Positions 8,119 through 17,215 are shown, numbered from the stretch's first letter. The stretch is 32,000 bases of DNA from an unicellular cyanobacterium SU2 (GCA_002110465.1 NEED01000028.1:44903-76902), one strand, 5' to 3'. The notes: generated by a model from the sequence alone, not told the origin. Made by a program: numbers and translations.

Positions 8119-8154
8119 TTAGCTTACTTCTAACTTATCGTAATTCTATCATAA

Positions 8155-8694
8155 TTATTTTAAATATTTTGGAGCAACAAAATCTACTAACCACACTCCA
8201 TTATCAGAACAATAAAACACAAAACCATCCTCAGACATCTGTTGTGCATTTACCTGAAAAATAATAGGTTTCCCTCTGCGAGAGCCTACTTTTAATGGTG
8301 TCTCCCTATCCTTCGATAAGTGGACATGATGACGAGACATTTTTTTTAATCCTTCTTTAAGGATTTTATTAACAACTTTTTGATGAGTTCCATGATATAA
8401 AATTTCAGGGGGAGTCAGTGGGATTAATTGTAAATCAATGTTGACACTATGACCTTGGTTAGCACGAATTTTTGTTCGAGTTTCATCAAAAGAAAATCGT
8501 TGTTTATCATTAGTTTTTACAACTTCTTCTAATTCAGTTAGAGTTATGGGAAACTTATGAGTATGAGACGCTTTTAAAAATTTAACAACAGAAACCCAAC
8601 CTCCTGCTTCTAACTCTAATTCTAATTTTTCAGGAGCATGACGTAAATGATAACTTAAAAATCGACTGATCTTTATTAATCGTTTGTGATTCAT
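8155..8694 (-). CDS. kptA: RNA 2'-phosphotransferase (Tpt1/KptA family)
   Basis: 179 aa. SRFLSYHLRHAPEKLELELEAGGWVSV, YHGT and SRHHVHLS are typical Tpt1/KptA blocks carrying the Arg/His catalytic residues. Its stop is 36 nt upstream of the P450 start on the same strand. Confidence 0.88.
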   Translation of the reverse strand: MNHKRLIKISRFLSYHLRHAPEKLELELEAGGWVSVVKFLKASHTHKFPITLTELEEVVKTNDKQRFSFDETRTKIRANQGHSVNIDLQLIPLTPPEILYHGTHQKVVNKILKEGLKKMSRHHVHLSKDRETPLKVGSRRGKPIIFQVNAQQMSEDGFVFYCSDNGVWLVDFVAPKYLK

Positions 8695-8799
8695 TTTTGA
8701 TCAATGGATAATTAATAATTGAAAATCAATAATTAATTTAGGTTCAATACTTCTCATTTTAAGACAAAAAAATTTGTTTTATGAAGATATAATAATTAC

Positions 8800-8835
8800 T
8801 TATCCATCACTAATTATCTATTATCCATTATCCAT
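8800..8835. repeat. TTATCCAT direct repeats (three copies; a fourth inverted copy at 8704-8711)
   Basis: TTATCCAT occurs at 8800-8807, 8821-8828 and 8828-8835 (the last two share one T). The reverse complement ATGGATAA at 8704-8711 lies 10 nt upstream of the kptA start codon. Confidence 0.5.
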
Positions 8836-8888
8836 TGTTGAATAATTGTTAGTTTTCCATAAATAAATAGTAGAACTATTATGCCTCG

Positions 8889-9329
8889 TTAAAGATTATT
8901 TATTTTGTCTTGGACATCTGGAGATACTGTAGTTCTTATAATTTTTCCGTGATACTTATTTAAACCTTCTATAATCATTTTGGGATCTACTTTTTTTGCC
9001 AAGACAAAAATAGCTGATGTGCTAGGCTGCATTGCTTCTTCAAGTTTATCACAAAATTCTTTATCCACTCCAATTTTTTTAAAGGCTTCGGAGTCATGAT
9101 CATCAAAAATACTGATAATCAAGTTGCCCCAAAAAGTGCTACGGAGTCCTCTAACAGCAGCAACTAAATCATAATAGGGTTTAACTCGTATTTTTCCTGT
9201 TGCATTTTTAGTTACAACAACTGCATCTTCTAAATCTACTAAATGCTCTTGCTCTAACTCCAGTAATTCTAACATTACCAGATCAGCTTTATTTTTTTCT
9301 TCAAATCCAACGACAATTAATTCAGTCAT
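8889..9329 (-). CDS. DUF1269-family protein
   Basis: Track ORF 8889-9377. I prefer ATG 9329 (MTELIVVGFEEKNKADLVMLELLELEQEHLVDLEDAVVVTKNATGKIRV), which is preceded by GAGGAA. Both the N-terminal block and the C-terminal block (PSTSAIFVLAKKVDPKMIIEGLNKYHGKIIRTTVS) match the DUF1269 pattern as I recall it. Confidence 0.7.
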   Translation of the reverse strand: MTELIVVGFEEKNKADLVMLELLELEQEHLVDLEDAVVVTKNATGKIRVKPYYDLVAAVRGLRSTFWGNLIISIFDDHDSEAFKKIGVDKEFCDKLEEAMQPSTSAIFVLAKKVDPKMIIEGLNKYHGKIIRTTVSPDVQDKINNL

Positions 9330-9433
9330 AATTTCCTCAATAAGGTTAATATTTACTTGACTAATAAGATAAGTCATTAGCCATGAACTCTAAAATTATA
9401 CCACAGCTAATGACTCAATAAAACCTGAATTGT

Positions 9434-10135
9434 TTAGGTTAAAATTTCTTTATGGATTATTTTACCTTCAGAATCAATATCATAAACAATAGGAACGCCT
9501 GTTGCTAATTCTAACCCTGGAACATCTTCGGGATTGAGATTTTCTAATTCCATAATCATTGCCCGCAAGGAATTTCCGTGAGCGGCAACCAGAACGGTTT
9601 TATCTTGTTTTAAATAAGGTAGAATTCGATTGTAAAAGTAGGGATAAACCCGATTTTTAGTATCTTCTAAACTTTCTCCTCCAGGGGGTTTAGTAGAATA
9701 GGAACGCCGCCACTCCATGACTTGATCTTCCCCAAATTTTTCGGCAGTTTCTGCTTTATTCAACCCTTGTAAATTGCCATAGTAACGCTCATCTAATGCC
9801 GAAGAAGTAAAAATTGGTAATTCATTAAATTCTCCTCCTGCATACTTATCCCACCCATGCCAATTTGGATCATCACTGTCATGTTGAATAATCGGTATTT
9901 TTCCCCCGCGAATTTCATCGCATTCAGTTAAACAAACAATTGAGGTTTCAATAGCGCGAATTAGTAAACTTGTAAAACAAATATCTATTTTGTAGTTCTT
10001 ATCTTTTAATTTACAAGCAGCAATTGTCGCTTCAGCCCGTCCCCTTTCACTGAGGGGGACATCAACCCAACCGGTAAATTTATTAGCGGCATTCCAGAGG
10101 CTCTGTCCATGACGGACTAAAATTAATTTGCTCAT
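9434..10135 (-). CDS. gpmA: 2,3-bisphosphoglycerate-dependent phosphoglycerate mutase
   Basis: 233 aa. Histidine-phosphatase signature LVRHGQSLWNAANKFTGWVDVPLSERG and the second His region AAHGNSLRA. Confidence 0.9.
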   Translation of the reverse strand: MSKLILVRHGQSLWNAANKFTGWVDVPLSERGRAEATIAACKLKDKNYKIDICFTSLLIRAIETSIVCLTECDEIRGGKIPIIQHDSDDPNWHGWDKYAGGEFNELPIFTSSALDERYYGNLQGLNKAETAEKFGEDQVMEWRRSYSTKPPGGESLEDTKNRVYPYFYNRILPYLKQDKTVLVAAHGNSLRAMIMELENLNPEDVPGLELATGVPIVYDIDSEGKIIHKEILT

Positions 10136-10160
10136 GATTAGTTTCTCTAACTTGATCTAC

Positions 10161-11585
10161 TTATTGACTAATTTTATGAATTTTTAAAAAGTTAGTTCCA
10201 TAGGGTTTTTTCGTAGGAATTCCTGCCATAATCAAAATTTGTTCTCCAGGTAATGCTAAATTGCGTTGAATCAAACAAGTTTCAGCCTGTTTGACTAAGT
10301 CTTCAAAAGAATCTACTTCGTCATCAATTAAAACAGGAATTACACCCCAAATTAAATTAAGACGATGATAAATTTTTTCATGGGGAGTGATAGCAATTAC
10401 AGGAACAGAAGGACGTTCTTTAGAAGCTAATAAAGAGGTATAACCGGACGTTGTAAAGGTTACGATATACTGTAAATCTAAGATATGATCAATAACATTG
10501 AGAGCTTCACTTAAGGCTTGGGTTTCATTCGTTTCAGCCGGCGGTGCGTTAGGAAATTCAATATCTTTTTCCACATCTTGGGCAATTTTAGCCAACATTT
10601 CCACCGCTTTAATGGGAAAGTCTCCAACAGCCGATTCACCTGACAACATTACCGCATCGGTTCCATCAATAATAGCATTAGCAACATCACTGGCTTCAGC
10701 TCGAGTAGGGCGGGGGTTGCGAATCATGCTATCTAGCATCTGGGTAGCGGTAATGACCGGTTTACCTTTAAAATTACATAATTGAATCATGCGTTTTTGT
10801 AGCATAGGAACCCGTTCAGGACTCATTTCTACTCCTAAATCGCCCCTTGCTACCATAATTCCATCACAAACTTCTACAATCTCTTCCAAATTATCTATTG
10901 CTTGGGGTTTTTCAATTTTGGCAATAACGGGGACATCAGCTTGATTGTGTTGAACCAATAAACTTTTTAATGTGCGGATATCATCAGCTTTACGGACAAA
11001 ACTTAAAGATACCCAGTCAATTCCTTGAGATAAACCAAATTCGAGATCTTTTTTGTCTTTTTCCGTCATGGAAGGAAGACGTAAATCAAGACTTGGTAGA
11101 TTAACCCCTTTGCGACTTTTGAGGATACCCCCTTCAACGACTTTGCAGATAACCGACTGTCCCTTGATTTCTTCAATTCTTAACTCTAATAACCCATCAT
11201 CTAATAAAATTTGCGCCCCAGGTTCAGCTTCTTCTGCTAAAAAAGGATAATCAATTGAAGCAGTATTCGGTTGGTTACTGTATTCATTGATGGGAATAAG
11301 GGTTAATAACTCTCCGTGGGTGAGAGGAATTTCTCCATCGGGTAATTGTCCCACCCGAATTTTGGGACCTTGGAGATCTTGTAGTAAAGTAATGGGGGTT
11401 TCTAATTCTTCAGACACATCCCGCAGTAGAGATACCATACGAGCGTGATCTTCATAGCTTCCGTGGGAAAAGTTCAATCTTGCCACATTCATCCCAGCAT
11501 TAACCATTTGCTTGAGAATTTCTGGGGAACTACTCGCAGGTCCAATGGTAGCGACAATTTTCGTCCGATGAGTTAGGTGTTTCAT
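10161..11585 (-). CDS. pyk: Pyruvate kinase
   Basis: 474 aa. [22 protein letters not shown] and [11 protein letters not shown] are classic pyruvate kinase blocks. It lies 25 nt upstream of gpmA on the same strand, so they are a likely operon. Confidence 0.95.
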   Translation of the reverse strand: MKHLTHRTKIVATIGPASSSPEILKQMVNAGMNVARLNFSHGSYEDHARMVSLLRDVSEELETPITLLQDLQGPKIRVGQLPDGEIPLTHGELLTLIPINEYSNQPNTASIDYPFLAEEAEPGAQILLDDGLLELRIEEIKGQSVICKVVEGGILKSRKGVNLPSLDLRLPSMTEKDKKDLEFGLSQGIDWVSLSFVRKADDIRTLKSLLVQHNQADVPVIAKIEKPQAIDNLEEIVEVCDGIMVARGDLGVEMSPERVPMLQKRMIQLCNFKGKPVITATQMLDSMIRNPRPTRAEASDVANAIIDGTDAVMLSGESAVGDFPIKAVEMLAKIAQDVEKDIEFPNAPPAETNETQALSEALNVIDHILDLQYIVTFTTSGYTSLLASKERPSVPVIAITPHEKIYHRLNLIWGVIPVLIDDEVDSFEDLVKQAETCLIQRNLALPGEQILIMAGIPTKKPYGTNFLKIHKISQ

Positions 11586-11747
11586 CCTTTTGACTTATTT
11601 TTAAAATAACTTGTTTTGATAGCGTTATTTTGAGTTCGCTCTCAAAGAGGATCATAATGATCTCAGGTTAAGTCAAGGTGAAGCCGTTTCTAAATCAGAG
11701 TGTTATTATATGGTGATACTTACTCAAATTTTAACCTCTAATTAGAC

Positions 11748-12416
11748 ATGAAGCTAAAGCTAAGAAAAAGTGTGGTGGAGAGGGTTGGCGAAGCGATAAA
11801 AAATAAGACTTTAGCATCATTTGCGTTGGTCTTATTACTATTGCTATGGCTAAATCAAGAAGTTGTTCAAGGAAATCTTGATGCTTGGGATGAAACTTTT
11901 TTGCAATGGGTTCGTCACTTTCATCAACCTGGTTTATTTCAATTTGCACGAGTCTATTATTTTTTGGGAGAAGCTGAAGTTGTTGTCTTTATTGTTTTAG
12001 GCGGATTAGGTTTTTTATGCTGGAAACGTTACTGGAAAGAAGCTCAAGTTTTAGCAGTTTCTGCTTTAGGAATTTTAATATTAATTGATCAAATTCTAAA
12101 ACCCTTGTTTGCTCGAGTTCGCCCGGCACCAGGGTTGATTGATGTTCATGGGAAAAGTTACCCTAGTGGTCACGTTTCTGGTAATTTTATGCTGTACTTA
12201 TACATTTCCTATTTAATTGCCTTTCGGTTTCCTAAACTAGCAATTTATCTTTATATAATTTCAACGATTTCAGCTTTTTTAATGGGCTGGGCTAGTCTTT
12301 ATTTGCACGTTCATTGGGCAACGGATATTATTGCTGGTTTTGGGGTGGGCTATTTGGCTTTTACAGTATCTATTGTTCTCTTAAAAACCATTGACAAAAA
12401 ATATCGTAACTTTTAA
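11748..12416 (+). CDS. PAP2-family lipid phosphatase
   Basis: 222 aa, multi-TM. Tripartite PAP2 motif: KPLFARVRP, PSGH, and SLYLHVHWATD (SRxxxxxHxxxD-like). Confidence 0.8.
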   Translation: MKLKLRKSVVERVGEAIKNKTLASFALVLLLLLWLNQEVVQGNLDAWDETFLQWVRHFHQPGLFQFARVYYFLGEAEVVVFIVLGGLGFLCWKRYWKEAQVLAVSALGILILIDQILKPLFARVRPAPGLIDVHGKSYPSGHVSGNFMLYLYISYLIAFRFPKLAIYLYIISTISAFLMGWASLYLHVHWATDIIAGFGVGYLAFTVSIVLLKTIDKKYRNF

Positions 12417-12454
12417 TTATTGAAATAACTGAAAATGTTTATTTTGGATACTTT

Positions 12455-14341
12455 ATGAATAAAATAGACGTGCAACAACAAATTATAAATAAATATAAAT
12501 TTTTAAAAAAATCTCCTAAAGTGCTCTGGATTTTTTCTATTTTATGGTTAATACTAATTAGTTGGATAGCCTTTTTATGGAACTTGGGAGCCATTGGATT
12601 AGTTGACAAAACTGAACCCATGTTTGTTGAAGCATCCCGTCAAATGTACCTAACAGGTGATTGGATTACTCCCTATTGGAACGGGGAAACTCGCTTTGAT
12701 AAACCTCCCTTGAGTTATTGGCTAATTTCTTTATCCTTTAAGCTCTTTGGGGTAAATGAATGGGCGGCTCGTTTTCCCTCTGCTTTATTTGCGATCGCTT
12801 TAGTTGTTCTGAGTTTTTATACGTTACTTAGTTTTGGCTCTCTTAACCTTAATTCTCCCAAAAGTTCGACAGGAGAAAAGACACAGTCTAATCCAGATAA
12901 ATTATGGTTTTCAGCCAGCCTAGGAGCAGCAATTGTTGCCCTTAATCCTTTCTGGGTTGCTTGGGGAAGAACAGGGGTTTCTGATATGTTCTTATCTAGC
13001 AATATCGGGTTGGCATTACTGTCATTTTTTATTGGTTATGCTCAACCTAAAAATGATTCTAACAAGCCGTTAGGATTGTCTGTTAAAAATTGGTGGTATG
13101 TGGGATATTGGGTCTTTATGGCCTTAGGCGTTTTGGCTAAAGGTCCTGTGGCAATCGTCCTTCCAGGAATTACTGTTATTGCCTTTCTTTTATTTGTTGG
13201 TCGCTTTGTTGAAGTCGTTAAAGAAACGCCTTGGTTACTCGGAATTGGTAGCTTTATTGCTATTGCTGTTCCTTGGTTTATTTTGGTTACACTAGAACAT
13301 GGTCAAGAGTATATTAATACTTTTTTTGGACTCCATAATGTCCAAAGATTTACCAGTGTTGTTAGTCGTCATCCTGGGGCGTGGTATTATTATTTTCCTG
13401 TGGTCTTAGTTGGCTTAATTCCTTGGTCAATTTTCTTACCATTAGCGATCGCTCGTTTACGGTTTTGGAAGCGCAAACTTTGGGTTTCTTCTCCTCGTTC
13501 AAATCACCTAGGTTTATTTGCTTTAGTTTGGTTTGTTGTTATTTTTGTATTTTTCTCAAGTTCAGTCACTAAATTAGCCGGTTATGTCCTTCCTTTAATG
13601 CCAGCCGCTGCCATTATGGTTGCCCTATTTTGGAGTGAGCAAATGGCAAAAAAAGAGGAGAATTTATCAGGAATTTGGATAATCTTGTTTTGGCTTAGTA
13701 GCTTAGCAAATATCGGGATTTTGGGAGGGTTAGCTATTGCTAGTTTCATCAGTCCTAAACTGATTGGTTATGATCCCATGATGCCCCAATTTACTGAGTT
13801 ATTAGAGGAATCGGGTTTACCAATACGAAGCGGAATAATTTGGTCATTTTCTACTTTAGGCGTTTTAACTTTACTATTTTGGAAACACCATCGACGCTGG
13901 ATTTGGGCAGCAAATTTGCTAGGATTTATGGCTTTTTTAAGTTGGATCGTGCTTCCTATTGCTCCTATTGTTGATAGTCAAAGACAACTGCCTTTAAGAC
14001 AACTTTCAACTTTAGTCAAACAAGAACAAAAGCCAGGGGAAAAGTTAGTTTTTATTGGTTTTATGCGTCCAACGGTGGTTTATTACGCTCAACAAACTGT
14101 CGATTCTATTACGGAAACCGATATTTATAGCGGGAGAGCAATTGAATATTTTAAGGAACAAGCTAATAGTCCCAAAAGTCTATCTACTATCTTGATCATG
14201 GCTAAGCCTAAATATTTTGAAAAATTAGCCTTAAAACCATCTGATTATCAAGTTATCGGTGAAGGTGTCGCTTATCAATTAATTCGGATACAAACACAAA
14301 ATATAGTAGAGAAAGAACCATTAATTAAATCATCTCATTAA
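12455..14341 (+). CDS. GT-C family glycosyltransferase (GT39 / ArnT-PMT_2-like), polyprenyl-phosphate-sugar dependent
   Basis: 628 aa, many TM helices. The first periplasmic loop (VDKTEPMFVEASRQMYLTGDWITPYWNGETRFDKPPLSYWL) is the ArnT/PMT signature region. It lies 38 nt downstream of the PAP2 gene. Confidence 0.85.
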   Translation: MNKIDVQQQIINKYKFLKKSPKVLWIFSILWLILISWIAFLWNLGAIGLVDKTEPMFVEASRQMYLTGDWITPYWNGETRFDKPPLSYWLISLSFKLFGVNEWAARFPSALFAIALVVLSFYTLLSFGSLNLNSPKSSTGEKTQSNPDKLWFSASLGAAIVALNPFWVAWGRTGVSDMFLSSNIGLALLSFFIGYAQPKNDSNKPLGLSVKNWWYVGYWVFMALGVLAKGPVAIVLPGITVIAFLLFVGRFVEVVKETPWLLGIGSFIAIAVPWFILVTLEHGQEYINTFFGLHNVQRFTSVVSRHPGAWYYYFPVVLVGLIPWSIFLPLAIARLRFWKRKLWVSSPRSNHLGLFALVWFVVIFVFFSSSVTKLAGYVLPLMPAAAIMVALFWSEQMAKKEENLSGIWIILFWLSSLANIGILGGLAIASFISPKLIGYDPMMPQFTELLEESGLPIRSGIIWSFSTLGVLTLLFWKHHRRWIWAANLLGFMAFLSWIVLPIAPIVDSQRQLPLRQLSTLVKQEQKPGEKLVFIGFMRPTVVYYAQQTVDSITETDIYSGRAIEYFKEQANSPKSLSTILIMAKPKYFEKLALKPSDYQVIGEGVAYQLIRIQTQNIVEKEPLIKSSH

Positions 14342-15249
14342 CGCCGATAAGCCAGGGCAAAGCGTTCAATTCCCGCTAAATCTGGCAGTATTTTTATCTG
14401 GTGATAATGGCAAGAATCTTCTAACAATTGAGCAACTTTTTCTCCCTGTCCTGCCATCATTTCAATTAACCAAATTCCCCCAGATTGGAGATAATTAGGA
14501 GTAGTCTCCACTAAATAGCGAATTGCCTCTAAACCATCCTCACCCCCATCTAAGGCTAAAGAGGGTTCATGATCTCTTACTTCTGGTTGTAGTTGAGATA
14601 ACCTCCCCGTGGGAATATAAGGAGGGTTAGAGACTAAGCCGCTAATTTGATCCTTTAACCTTTCTAGGGGAGTCCACCAATATCCTTGATAGAAATGTAT
14701 TCTCGAAAAAAGTCCTAGGTTTGTAACATTTTCTTGGGCAATAGTCAACGCATCGCCGCTATAGTCTACAGCGTGGATTTTTGCTTCAGGAAATACTGTA
14801 GCTAACCCAATAGCGATCGCCCCACTTCCGGTGCCTAAATCGACCCAATGTCCTGATCCTAGGTTGGGGACAGGACTTTTTTGAACAGCTTCAACGGCAA
14901 AATCAATGATTAACTCCGTTTCAGGACGGGGAATCAGAACCCCAGAGGCTACTTTTAGAGAAAAGTTACGCCAAGGGGTAACACCGACTAAATATTGAAC
15001 AGGAACCCTATCTGTTAAGCGACGTTGCCATAATTGGGTTAATTGAGATAGGGAAAGTTTCAACGAAATTGGCGATCGCTCTTGAAAAGACTCTAACTTC
15101 AGTGACAGTGCATCTAAACTTGCTACTTCTTGAAGTAACCAGTCTACTTCTTGGGGGGAGATATCAGCAGAAACGGCTGCCGTTTTCGCCCAATTCCGCC
15201 AGTTTGCTAGGTCTAATCCTGATATCTTAGTCTGATAAATTTCTTTGAT
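14338..15249 (-). CDS. prmC: Release-factor glutamine N5-methyltransferase (PrmC/HemK); 5' end uncertain with no canonical start for the full-length protein
   Basis: SAM motif VDLGTGSGAIAIG and catalytic NPPY (VSNPPYIP). The track starts at TTG 15063. However, the frame is open to 15291 and encodes the conserved HemK N-domain (ISGLDLANWRNWAKTAAVSADISPQEVDWLLQEV...). Only ATC 15249 or ATT 15240 follow AGGAG (15259-15255). Confidence 0.85.
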   Translation of the reverse strand: MKEIYQTKISGLDLANWRNWAKTAAVSADISPQEVDWLLQEVASLDALSLKLESFQERSPISLKLSLSQLTQLWQRRLTDRVPVQYLVGVTPWRNFSLKVASGVLIPRPETELIIDFAVEAVQKSPVPNLGSGHWVDLGTGSGAIAIGLATVFPEAKIHAVDYSGDALTIAQENVTNLGLFSRIHFYQGYWWTPLERLKDQISGLVSNPPYIPTGRLSQLQPEVRDHEPSLALDGGEDGLEAIRYLVETTPNYLQSGGIWLIEMMAGQGEKVAQLLEDSCHYHQIKILPDLAGIERFALAYRR

Positions 15250-15269
15250 AAACGCTCCTACTGTTGGGG

Positions 15270-16007
15270 TTAATTTTGCTGATTTTGTTGATTAGCTCGA
15301 ATGATTTCCATCATTTCTTCGGATGGCCATAACCGAATATTTTTTAAGAACTCGTCATCTTTTTCTTCTAACGTTCCAATTAAATTGCTCAACAGAACAA
15401 CTTCTATTTTGACATCACTAGCTTGATCAGGTTGCTCTTGTTTTAAGTTATTAATGATTTGTTGAATTGTCTTTTTCTCAAAAAAGATAGGAACAATTGT
15501 TTCTCCGTTTTGTTCAATTGTTAAATAATTTTGTTCGGGTCCTCCTTTGGCTAGATATAAAGGAACACCTCCTTTATATTCTTTCCCTTCCCTACTTAAA
15601 ATCGGTTTCGCGGCTTCAACTTCAGCTTTAGTCGGAATGTATTGAAGTGCCAACCGTTGAGACTCATTGGAATTTTTCTGAGCCACTTGATAGATTGCCC
15701 CTAAGGAGATAAGCTCTACCTTATACTTATCCCCAATTTCTGGCTTTTCTTTTTGAAATTGTATTAAAAATTCTTCAGCATTCTGTTTGCTCATAAATAT
15801 ATTGGTGAACACTGTTTTTTCATCTACCTGTCCCCCCAACGGAACATTTTTATCATCCACCAATACAAACACAGGAATTCCCCGAAGTAACTGGAAAATT
15901 TCTTCTTGGGGTAAGGCCAAAGCTGGACGTGGTTGGATCAAACTCGGAGGTAAGAGTGTACTAACGACTAATCCTAGGGTGGCACTCCAACGAATTAAAG
16001 TTTTCAT
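15270..16007 (-). CDS. Tic22-like periplasmic protein (paralogue A)
   Basis: I prefer ATG 16007 (MKTLIRWSATLGLVVSTLL... signal peptide). The layout resembles Synechocystis slr0924 / Tic22 family as I recall it (signal peptide MK..RW...GLVG, IPVF block, C-terminal PSEE region). Confidence 0.8.
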   Translation of the reverse strand: MKTLIRWSATLGLVVSTLLPPSLIQPRPALALPQEEIFQLLRGIPVFVLVDDKNVPLGGQVDEKTVFTNIFMSKQNAEEFLIQFQKEKPEIGDKYKVELISLGAIYQVAQKNSNESQRLALQYIPTKAEVEAAKPILSREGKEYKGGVPLYLAKGGPEQNYLTIEQNGETIVPIFFEKKTIQQIINNLKQEQPDQASDVKIEVVLLSNLIGTLEEKDDEFLKNIRLWPSEEMMEIIRANQQNQQN

Positions 16008-16163
16008 CTTGTTTTTCAATGAGCTAAAGTTTGTAGAACGTTCTAAATCTAGGTAATTTTTAGCCAAGATACATTTTCTGAGATATTTAGAAAAATCACC
16101 TTAATTTAAACTTGAGCATCTTGGCATGAATATTTTTTTATTAAGTTAAGAAAGGTCAGAACA

Positions 16164-16943
16164 TTACTTGTCTGATTGTCCTTGATTAACTTGTTCCTGA
16201 CTTTGCATAATTTGCATAAGCCTCTTGGCTGACTCTTGAGAAGGAACAAGAACAACACTTTCAACAAAGTCTTCTTGTTTTTGATCATCACTTTCAAATG
16301 CTGAAACAATTCCGCCTAAGGGAGTTACTTTAACTTCTATGGAGGAAGCGAGTTCAGGTTGTTGTTTTTTAATATTTTCTATTAACTGTTGTAGGGATTC
16401 TTTCTCGAAATAAAAGGGAGTTAGACTATTCTTCCCTTCTTTTACAGACAGAAAAGTCTGCTGGTTATTAACTGTTACCATCCCATAAAACAAAGGTATT
16501 CCCGGAAATTCTTCAACCTTAGGATTTTCCTGTTTCAGAATTGAAAGGGCTGATGGAAGCTGATCTTTTATAGGAATAAAAGTGAATAGATCAGGGGGCT
16601 CTTGAGATTGACTCTTTTCTTTTTCTTTGAGCAATTCATAAACCTTGCCCAATGGAAGAGTAATCACCTCAACTTGACGTTCAGGATCTTTTTCTATAAT
16701 TTCATCAACAACTTGCTTGGCATCCTGATGACTTAGATAGGTCACAAAAACTTTTTTATTATTGTTGTCTGATAATAGTATTTCTTTACTGTTGCCGATA
16801 GTATATACAGGGATTCGATTTAGCTTTTGTACAATTTGCTCTGGGGTTAATGCCAGAACATCTAGGGTAGAGCCTAACCAAGAAGTCAAAATAGAACTTC
16901 CAACTAATCCTAGGGTGATACTCCAACGGATGAATGATTTCAT
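16164..16943 (-). CDS. Tic22-like periplasmic protein (paralogue B)
   Basis: I prefer ATG 16943 (MKSFIRWSITLGLVGSSIL...). LNRIPVYTI and VVLVPSQESAKRL resemble the slr0924-type Tic22 family. It is in tandem with paralogue A. Confidence 0.8.
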   Translation of the reverse strand: MKSFIRWSITLGLVGSSILTSWLGSTLDVLALTPEQIVQKLNRIPVYTIGNSKEILLSDNNNKKVFVTYLSHQDAKQVVDEIIEKDPERQVEVITLPLGKVYELLKEKEKSQSQEPPDLFTFIPIKDQLPSALSILKQENPKVEEFPGIPLFYGMVTVNNQQTFLSVKEGKNSLTPFYFEKESLQQLIENIKKQQPELASSIEVKVTPLGGIVSAFESDDQKQEDFVESVVLVPSQESAKRLMQIMQSQEQVNQGQSDK

Positions 16944-17215
16944 AGAAGTTAACCTCAAATTTCGCGATTGACTTATTTATACTTATGATTATCAGAAATT
17001 AACTGAGTTTTTTGGTAGAAGTCAGAAGCTAAATCTTTTATCAGTCTATTTATTTATAGTAGCTTTGCCCTTTTAAATAATTGAGATTCAACAGTCTTTT
17101 TATATACTTCATTTTCATCTCTACCTTAGAAAGGGACGAGCTTGTACAGAATCTAGTTCCGACCTAATTTCATCCCATCATAGCAAACCTATATAATTAC
17201 ATATCCTAAATTAAC

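Noticed and set aside
10498-11250. Plus-strand ORFs 10498-10785 and 11053-11250
   Set aside because: They are antisense to pyruvate kinase, whose frame is unambiguous.
11731-13572. ORFs 11731-11949 (-), 12439-12621 (-), 12817-13002 (-) and 13381-13572 (+)
   Set aside because: They overlap the PAP2 and GT39 genes antisense or out of frame. They are low complexity with no motifs.
15787-16971. ORFs 15787-16056 (+), 16106-16309 (-) and 16762-16971 (+)
   Set aside because: They are antisense or alternative-frame overlaps of the two Tic22-like genes.
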